Assembly: GCA_041675185.1 (NCBI GenBank)
Contig: JBAYUH010000002.1
Span: 1,052 to 65,051, forward strand
From: Candidatus Magasanikiibacteriota bacterium
Lineage (GTDB): Bacteria; Patescibacteriota; Patescibacteriia; Magasanikbacterales; UBA922
Direction of reading: 5' to 3'
Length of the DNA: 64,000 nt
In this document: positions 58,197-64,000 of the stretch, one piece after another
How the letters are laid out: each line of letters starts with the position of its first letter
How positions within the stretch are numbered: position 1 is the first letter of the stretch
Notes under the pieces: generated by a model
Told to the model about the DNA's origin: nothing
Seen by the model: only the letters and a program-made list of their open reading frames with translations
Databases searched by the model: none
Made by a program: the position numbers and the translations under genes

Positions 58197-58976
58197 ATGA
58201 AAATAATTTCTTGGAATATAAACGGCATTAGAGCTGTAATAAAAAAAGGCTTCACAGATTTTTTGCAAACTACAAAACCAGACATATTAGGTTTACAAGA
58301 AGTAAAAATTGGCGATTCACATCGTGAAAAAGAAATTTTCAATTTTGCCAATTATATTGAAAATTGGAATTCAGCCAAACGTCCTGGTTACTCTGGTACC
58401 ATGACACTTATCAAAGATAAATCTGAAGTACAAAAAACATTTATTAAACACACCACAGGACTTGGTGTAGAAAAATTTGATGATGAAGGACGTGCCCAAA
58501 CTTTAGAATTTGCAAATTTCTATTTTGTAAATTGTTATTTCCCAAATACGCGCGATGATTTGTCCAGACTTGATTTTAAAGAAGAATTCAATGATGCATT
58601 TTTGAAATACATAAAAAAACTTGATAAGAAAAAACCAGTCATTGCTGTCGGTGACTACAATGTTGCTCACGAACCAATCGACCTAGCTAGACCAGAACCA
58701 AATGAAGGTAAAGCTGGTTATACCAATGAAGAAAGAAAATGGATGACCAAATTTACTGAAGCTAATTTTGTAGATACTTTTAGAAATTTTAATCCAAAAA
58801 AAGTTCAATACAGTTGGTGGAGTTTTCGTGCTGCAGCTCGCACTAGAAATATTGGTTGGCGTATTGATTATGTGTTGGTTAGTAAAAGATTTGTAAAGAA
58901 AATAAAAAAAGCTTTTATTTTGGATGAGGTAAATGGCTCTGACCATTGTCCTGTTGGTATAGAAATTGATTTATAA
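58197..58976 (+). CDS. xth: Exodeoxyribonuclease III (AP endonuclease, Xth family)
   Basis: MKIISWNINGIRA, LGLQEVK, GDYNVAH, WWSFR, RIDYVLVS and SDHCPV. Confidence 0.85.
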   Translation: MKIISWNINGIRAVIKKGFTDFLQTTKPDILGLQEVKIGDSHREKEIFNFANYIENWNSAKRPGYSGTMTLIKDKSEVQKTFIKHTTGLGVEKFDDEGRAQTLEFANFYFVNCYFPNTRDDLSRLDFKEEFNDAFLKYIKKLDKKKPVIAVGDYNVAHEPIDLARPEPNEGKAGYTNEERKWMTKFTEANFVDTFRNFNPKKVQYSWWSFRAAARTRNIGWRIDYVLVSKRFVKKIKKAFILDEVNGSDHCPVGIEIDL

Positions 58977-59276
58977 ACAACACCACTTATTGACAAAACA
59001 ACCAAAATAGTCTACAATAATACAGCTTTTGATTGAAATAACAAAAGCTGTGTCAAAGCTCTGGTATCCTTCAGCGCGAATAAGTAGGAATATAAAAATT
59101 TATATCTCTACTCTTTCGCTCAGAAGGTCTGAGCAAACTCGAGTAAACCAAAAACTGTCAGAGAAAAAGATGAAAAATCTAAACTTTGTGCTCACCGCCT
59201 GGACATTGTGTCTGGCAATATTCCCCATCGTAACGGTGATTGTTATTGGATTTAACCACTAGACACACCTCTCGCC

Positions 59277-59396
59277 CAAAACCTTCCCGACCCGCGTCGG
59301 GAAGGTTTGGACGAGAATAAAAATAAATATATCAAATCGCCTTAAGGGCGTTTTTTGTTATAAAAAACAATCCAGATTGAATCGGGATTGTTTTTC
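59277..59396. terminator. Cluster of three consecutive hairpins (ccttcccgac-ccgc-gtcgggaagg; cgccc-ttaa-gggcg+T6; caatcc...ggattg+T5) between convergent xth and VIT-family genes
   Basis: Seen directly. Each is followed or preceded by T/A runs. Confidence 0.65.
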
Positions 59397-59415
59397 AAAT
59401 AAACAAAATAAAAAA

Positions 59416-60135
59416 TTACTTCAAAAATCCATCTACTAATTGCCCCACAAAATAACCAATCAAAGCAGCTAATGAAGCAAGAGCTGTCATCTCTAATCCA
59501 GCTTTCCACCATTTTCTCTTGGTAAATCTTGTGGTGAAAATACCCAAAACAAACAAACCAATCAAAGTAAAAACAATGGAAATAGGAACAGCATCATGAA
59601 TAGGAAAAAGGACATAAGGTATAAGAGGTATTGATCCACCAACCACATAAGAAGCAAACATTACCCAACCTTTTTTTATCGGATTATCAGTATTGTCTGT
59701 AATAATATCCAATTCACGATAAGCCATTTCTTTTAGAAAAAGATGTTTGTCTTTGGAGGCTATCAAAGCCATATCTTTGGCCATTTTTTTTGGCCAACCA
59801 TCACCTACATACATTTCAAACAATTCTTCTTTTTCATCTTCTGGATACTTTTGTAGTTCTTCTCTTTCTTCGTAGAGTTTTCTATCATCAGTGTCTTTTT
59901 CAGATTTGTTGGATAAATAAGAACCTACTGCCATTGATATTGATTCAACAGAAATAACCACAAAACCTGAAAGCAAAGTAGTAAATTGACTATTGGTCGC
60001 TGTTGCAATACCAGTCACAGCTCCAAGGGTAGAGACCATACCATCTTCCAAACCAAAAACTATTTCTCGCAAAAGTGAAGGAGAAATTTTACTTTGGATA
60101 TGATGAATATATTCGTTGTTGTGAGGAATTGTCAT
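59416..60135 (-). CDS. VIT1/CCC1-family Fe/Mn transporter
   Basis: N-terminal helical domain with an E-rich metal-binding region, LREIVFGLEDGMVSTLGAVTGIA matching the VIT family, and a C-terminal TM bundle. Confidence 0.65.
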   Translation of the reverse strand: MTIPHNNEYIHHIQSKISPSLLREIVFGLEDGMVSTLGAVTGIATATNSQFTTLLSGFVVISVESISMAVGSYLSNKSEKDTDDRKLYEEREELQKYPEDEKEELFEMYVGDGWPKKMAKDMALIASKDKHLFLKEMAYRELDIITDNTDNPIKKGWVMFASYVVGGSIPLIPYVLFPIHDAVPISIVFTLIGLFVLGIFTTRFTKRKWWKAGLEMTALASLAALIGYFVGQLVDGFLK

Positions 60136-60291
60136 AATAAAAGTCTAAAAGTTTATAAAGTCAAAAGTCCATAAAGTCTAAATACCACAAGACTTTTTAC
60201 TTTCTTGTCCACCTTTGATGGAATGGACTTTATAGACTTTATTCTAACATAAATGGACAAAAAACCAAAATTATGCTAAGATAACAACAAT

Positions 60292-61566
60292 ATGAATACT
60301 CTAAAAATAGAAAAATTAGTTTTTGGTGGACAAGGTTTGGCTAGACTAGACAACAAAGTAGTTTTTGTTTGGAATGCCCTACCAGGAGAGGAAGTAGAAT
60401 ACAAGATAATCAAAGATAAAAAAGATTATCTAGAAGCTGTAGCTACAAAAATTATCAAAGTTTCTCCAAAAAGAGTAGAAGCACAAGAAGCAGAATTCCT
60501 ATCCACTTCACCTTGGCAAATAGTTTCTTACGAAACAGAAAACAAATGGAAAAAAGATATAACAGAAGAAACTTACAAAAAACTTGGCGGCGAAATTTTT
60601 GCTGACTTAGATATTCCTCTTGTTTTTGATAAATTAGACAAAAATTATCGCAACAAAATGGAATTTAGTTTTACAGAACTTGAAGACCATTCAAAATCTC
60701 TAGCTTTTTTTGAACGTGGAGGACGCAGGACCTTTGCAGTCCAAGGTTCTATTTTAGCTGAAGAAATTATCAATGAAACAGCGAAATATATTTTGGCATG
60801 GGTAAATGAAAATGAAATATCAATGCGTAGTTTGAAATCTCTAATTATTCGAAGTAATGGGCAAGGACAAGCTATTGCTGCACTTTTTATCAAAGACAGA
60901 TTGAGTTTTGAAAATTATCCAAAACTAAAAACTAATTTACTTGGTTTCCAAGTCTACTATTCCACTCACAAATCCCCTGCTTCTGTACCAACTGCATTAC
61001 TATATACTACAGGACAAGATTATTTATTAAGTGATATTGCTAAAATAAAATTAAAATTTGGTTTACTTAGTTTTTTCCAAATTCATATTCCAGTGTTTAC
61101 AACTTGTCTAGCACAAATAAAAAAACATATCCCAAAAAATTCTTCTGTCTTAGACTTTTATTCTGGAGTAGGATCTATTGGTTTACCATTAGCAAAAATC
61201 TGCAAAGATCTAGTCCTAGTAGACAACAATGAAGAAGCCATTGACTATTCACAAGAAAATATAAAATTAAATAAATTAAAAAATACAGAGGCTTTTTGTA
61301 AACCAGCTGAAAAAATTACTGAGCTTATTACTTCTGACAAAATCCTAATTGTAGATCCACCACGAGCTGGTATGCATGACAAAGTGATTGATAGAATCTT
61401 ACAAGTCACACCACCAAAAATTATTTATCTTTCTTGCAACATCTCTACCCAAGCTCGTGACGTGAAGAAGCTTGCTGAAAAATACAAAATAATTGACGCT
61501 ACTATTTACAATTTCTTCCCAAAGACTCCTCATATAGAGGGTTTGCTTATTTTGGAATTGAAATAA
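60292..61566 (+). CDS. 23S rRNA (uracil-5)-methyltransferase RlmD/RumA-family (TRAM plus class I MTase)
   Basis: TRAM-like N-terminus VFGGQGLARLDNKVVFVWNALPGE, motif I DFYSGVGSIGLPLA, motif IV DPPRAGM, and catalytic Cys region LSCNIST. Confidence 0.7.
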   Translation: MNTLKIEKLVFGGQGLARLDNKVVFVWNALPGEEVEYKIIKDKKDYLEAVATKIIKVSPKRVEAQEAEFLSTSPWQIVSYETENKWKKDITEETYKKLGGEIFADLDIPLVFDKLDKNYRNKMEFSFTELEDHSKSLAFFERGGRRTFAVQGSILAEEIINETAKYILAWVNENEISMRSLKSLIIRSNGQGQAIAALFIKDRLSFENYPKLKTNLLGFQVYYSTHKSPASVPTALLYTTGQDYLLSDIAKIKLKFGLLSFFQIHIPVFTTCLAQIKKHIPKNSSVLDFYSGVGSIGLPLAKICKDLVLVDNNEEAIDYSQENIKLNKLKNTEAFCKPAEKITELITSDKILIVDPPRAGMHDKVIDRILQVTPPKIIYLSCNISTQARDVKKLAEKYKIIDATIYNFFPKTPHIEGLLILELK

Positions 61567-61621
61567 TCTAAGCCCAAATTACAATTTGAAGATACATTTT
61601 TACTCATTTAAAAATACACTT

Positions 61622-62530
61622 ATGTTACTGATTTTAAAAGAAAAGAAAGGTATCAAAAATAATGTAAACAAAACAATACCAATTCTAAAAAAGAAACTCA
61701 TCAAAAAAGGAATTGCTGTAGACACTTCCAATTTTGAAGAAGTAGAATTATTTATTGAAAAAAATAATGTGAGAGCTTTCATCGAAAAAAAGCCTTTGGA
61801 AAAATACAAAGTAATTTTTTCAAGACAAGTCGGAAAAAAAAGAAATCTAGCCTTTATATTATCTGAACTTTGTAAACAAAAAGGAATATTTTATATAGAC
61901 AAAGTCTATAGCTCAATCAATGACGCCACTAAACTAAAACAAACAACACTACTAGCACTAAACAATATTCCTGTACCAAAAACTTATTTTACTTCAATTT
62001 ATAACAAAAAAACATTGACAACTGCTGAAGAATTTATTGGATTTCCCATGGTTATAAAAATTTCTAGTAGTAGAAAAGGGTTGGGAGTATTTTTGGCAAA
62101 AAATAAAATAGAAGCAAAACAAATAATGACCAGAGAAAAATCTACTGAAATTATTATTCAAGAATTCATACCTAACACTTTTGATTATCGTATATTAGTT
62201 CTAGGAAAAACTATTGGTTGTATTATCAAAAGAGAACGACAAATCAATAAAAAAGAATTTAGAAACAATGTCTATCTTGGAGCTAGTGAAACTTTTTTGA
62301 AAATTTCAAGTGTAGATAAAATAATAAAAAAAATAGCTTTGAAATCTGCAAAAATCGCCAACATCCAAGTAGCTGGTGTAGATATTGTAGTCGATGATAA
62401 TGGACAACCTTGCGTTTTTGAAGTCAACAGCTCCCCAGCTTTTACCTTTGATGAAAAGATCTCCAATGAGATTGAATCTTTGTCTGAATATCTATATTTA
62501 TGCCACAAGAAAAAATTTCTTGGTAAATAA
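61622..62530 (+). CDS. ATP-grasp ligase, RimK-like (alpha-L-glutamate ligase family)
   Basis: GFPMVIKISSSRKGLGVF, IIQEFIPNTFDYRILVLG and VAGVDIVVDDNGQPCVFEVNSSPAF. The ATG at 61622 is preferred over the TTG at 61586. Confidence 0.6.
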   Translation: MLLILKEKKGIKNNVNKTIPILKKKLIKKGIAVDTSNFEEVELFIEKNNVRAFIEKKPLEKYKVIFSRQVGKKRNLAFILSELCKQKGIFYIDKVYSSINDATKLKQTTLLALNNIPVPKTYFTSIYNKKTLTTAEEFIGFPMVIKISSSRKGLGVFLAKNKIEAKQIMTREKSTEIIIQEFIPNTFDYRILVLGKTIGCIIKRERQINKKEFRNNVYLGASETFLKISSVDKIIKKIALKSAKIANIQVAGVDIVVDDNGQPCVFEVNSSPAFTFDEKISNEIESLSEYLYLCHKKKFLGK

Positions 62531-62578
62531 CAAAAAATAAAGTATAATAGAGTAATATTTTTTTAAATTAAAACAATT

Positions 62579-63529
62579 ATGTTTCTTACAATTATTATTC
62601 TAATAATTGGTATTGCTATTTTAATTTATGGTGCTGACATTTTGGTCAAAGGCTCAGCCTCAATTGCCAAAAAACTTGGTATTCCATCTATTGTCATTGG
62701 TCTGACAGTAGTAGCTTTTGGGACATCAGCTCCAGAATTAGCTGTCAATTTATTTTCTATAGCCAAAGGCACGACAGATCTAGCTATTGCTCATATTATT
62801 GGTAGTAATATAGCCAATATTTTGCTTATCCTTGGTATCTCAGCTATTATTTTTCCACTAGCAGTCAAAAAAAATACAACCTACAAAGAAATACCTTTTG
62901 CCTTATTGGCAGTCGTAGTTGTGGCAATTTTTAGCAATGATGCTCTAATAAATGGCCATGGTAACAATATCCTAGACCGCACTGAAGGTATTGTTCTTAT
63001 TTTATTTTTTATACTTTTCCTTTATTATATTTTTGGATTAAGTAAGACAAAAGATAAACATGAAAAAATAAAAACTTATTCATTGGGAAAATCTTTCTTA
63101 TTATTTTTCATTGGATTAGTAGCTTTGATAATTGGTGGAAAAATAATTGTGAACAATGCTGTCATATTAGCCAGACTGGCTGGTATGTCTGAGAGATTAA
63201 TTGGTCTTACTGTTATAGCTCTTGGCACATCTTTACCTGAATTGGCCATATCTATAGTAGCAGCAATTCGCAAACAAGCAGACATAGCCATTGGCAATGT
63301 AGTCGGTAGTAATATTTTCAATGTTTTCTGGGTATTAGGTTTGACAGCTATTATCAAACCAATTCCTTTTGATACCAGCATCAATATTGATGTCCTTATG
63401 TCTATTGTCGCCACACTCTTATTATTTTTCTTTATGTTTATCCATGATAAACATAGATTGAATCGTTGGCAAGGTATATTTTTTGTTTTACTTTATGTGG
63501 CTTATATTACGTTTATTATTGTGAAGTAA
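62579..63529 (+). CDS. Ca2+/Na+ (cation) antiporter, CaCA family (YrbG-like)
   Basis: Duplicated alpha-repeats GTSAPELAV / GTSLPELAISI and GSNIANILLILG / GSNIFNVFWVLG. Confidence 0.8.
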   Translation: MFLTIIILIIGIAILIYGADILVKGSASIAKKLGIPSIVIGLTVVAFGTSAPELAVNLFSIAKGTTDLAIAHIIGSNIANILLILGISAIIFPLAVKKNTTYKEIPFALLAVVVVAIFSNDALINGHGNNILDRTEGIVLILFFILFLYYIFGLSKTKDKHEKIKTYSLGKSFLLFFIGLVALIIGGKIIVNNAVILARLAGMSERLIGLTVIALGTSLPELAISIVAAIRKQADIAIGNVVGSNIFNVFWVLGLTAIIKPIPFDTSINIDVLMSIVATLLLFFFMFIHDKHRLNRWQGIFFVLLYVAYITFIIVK

Positions 63530-63543
63530 TAGTCAAAAAAAAT

Positions 63544-63577
63544 ACCCCGCCTCTTGCGAGAGGCGGGGTATTTTTTT
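63544..63577. terminator. Strong bidirectional rho-independent terminator
   Basis: Perfect hairpin accccgcctct-tgcg-agaggcggggt flanked by A8 and T7. Confidence 0.8.
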
Positions 63578-63590
63578 AACTTAAGTAATC

Positions 63591-64000
63591 TCAGTTCTTC
63601 AGACAACGCACAGACAACCCGCTTGCCTTGGTGTTGAAGCTGTCGCGGTTCACTCTCGCCTCACTGGATTGGAAGTAGCGGTTCCATGCGACCGTGGCGG
63701 AATACTGCGAAGCAGACCAGAGGTAACCTTCCGTGCCTAGATTGAAGAACGAGCCATTCGTGGCGCGGAGGCCACCAAGGAGGAAGTTGAAACCGGAAGT
63801 ACCACCAGATTTAAGCTGTGTCCCTTGATTAGTACCACGGTATCCAGTTGCATCAACACATCCCGCCCCTGCTCCTGCACACATACCAAGATAAGATTCA
63901 AGCGTTTTAAACTCAGTATCAGTAGGAATATGCCAACCAGAAGGACAGATTCCTTGAGAGGGAGAAGATGGAGTACAAGAGTTAGTATTACAGGTAGTAG
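63591..64000 (-). CDS. Partial (C-terminal) Fibrobacter-succinogenes-major-paralogous-domain (Fib_succ_major/TIGR02145-like) protein, encoded in a GC-rich segment and continuing beyond the window
   Basis: C-terminus ...GYLWSASQYSATVAWNRYF...ASGLSVRCLKN matches the family's xFWSST...AW.R.L...GFSVRCVKD signature. GC is well above the genome background. Confidence 0.55.
   Translation of the reverse strand, partial: TTCNTNSCTPSSPSQGICPSGWHIPTDTEFKTLESYLGMCAGAGAGCVDATGYRGTNQGTQLKSGGTSGFNFLLGGLRATNGSFFNLGTEGYLWSASQYSATVAWNRYFQSSEARVNRDSFNTKASGLSVRCLKN

Overview
This is a 64-kb window from a low-GC (~one-third GC by eye) bacterial chromosome. The genes are densely packed, mostly on the minus strand, and almost none has a recognisable Shine-Dalgarno sequence. 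Most of the window is conserved housekeeping: rpoB-rpoC, gyrA, recA, ftsK, ruvC-yebC, trpS, gap-pgk, an S1 ribosomal protein, a DEAD-box helicase and a cold-shock protein. Also present are an RNA m5U methyltransferase, xth, an AlkD-like repair protein, mscL, a Fur-family regulator with a metal ABC uptake operon, and cell-envelope genes (LCP, SpoIID-like, RodZ-like, Wzx/Wzy-like). Two tRNAs are present, tRNA-Asn on the minus strand and tRNA-Ser on the plus strand. No rRNA, CRISPR array, transposase or integrase is visible. The part that looks accessory is the 5' ~7.8 kb. It holds a partial upstream ORF translationally coupled to a 1074-aa Eco57I/MmeI-family (Type IIG-like) N6-adenine methyltransferase. 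After that come four tightly packed small genes of unknown function (two with TM segments), a C-rich 436-bp spacer, and a higher-GC autoinhibited Fic AMPylase with its own promoter. This RM-plus-unknown-cassette cluster is the best candidate for an undescribed defense-type system. Other oddities, in order of position: a large inverted repeat inside the metal-uptake operon; a compositionally foreign (GC-rich) lipoprotein gene next to an ApbE plus FMN-binding-lipoprotein flavinylation pair; a conserved G-rich motif directly after the gap and pgk stop codons with GC-rich hairpins between them; a 640-bp rpoB/ftsK intergenic region with a GC-rich structured island; a small tRNA-Ser-adjacent three-gene islet; and a GC-rich Fib_succ_major-type gene fragment at the 3' edge. 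All calls rest on motif recognition by eye, and no database search was run.
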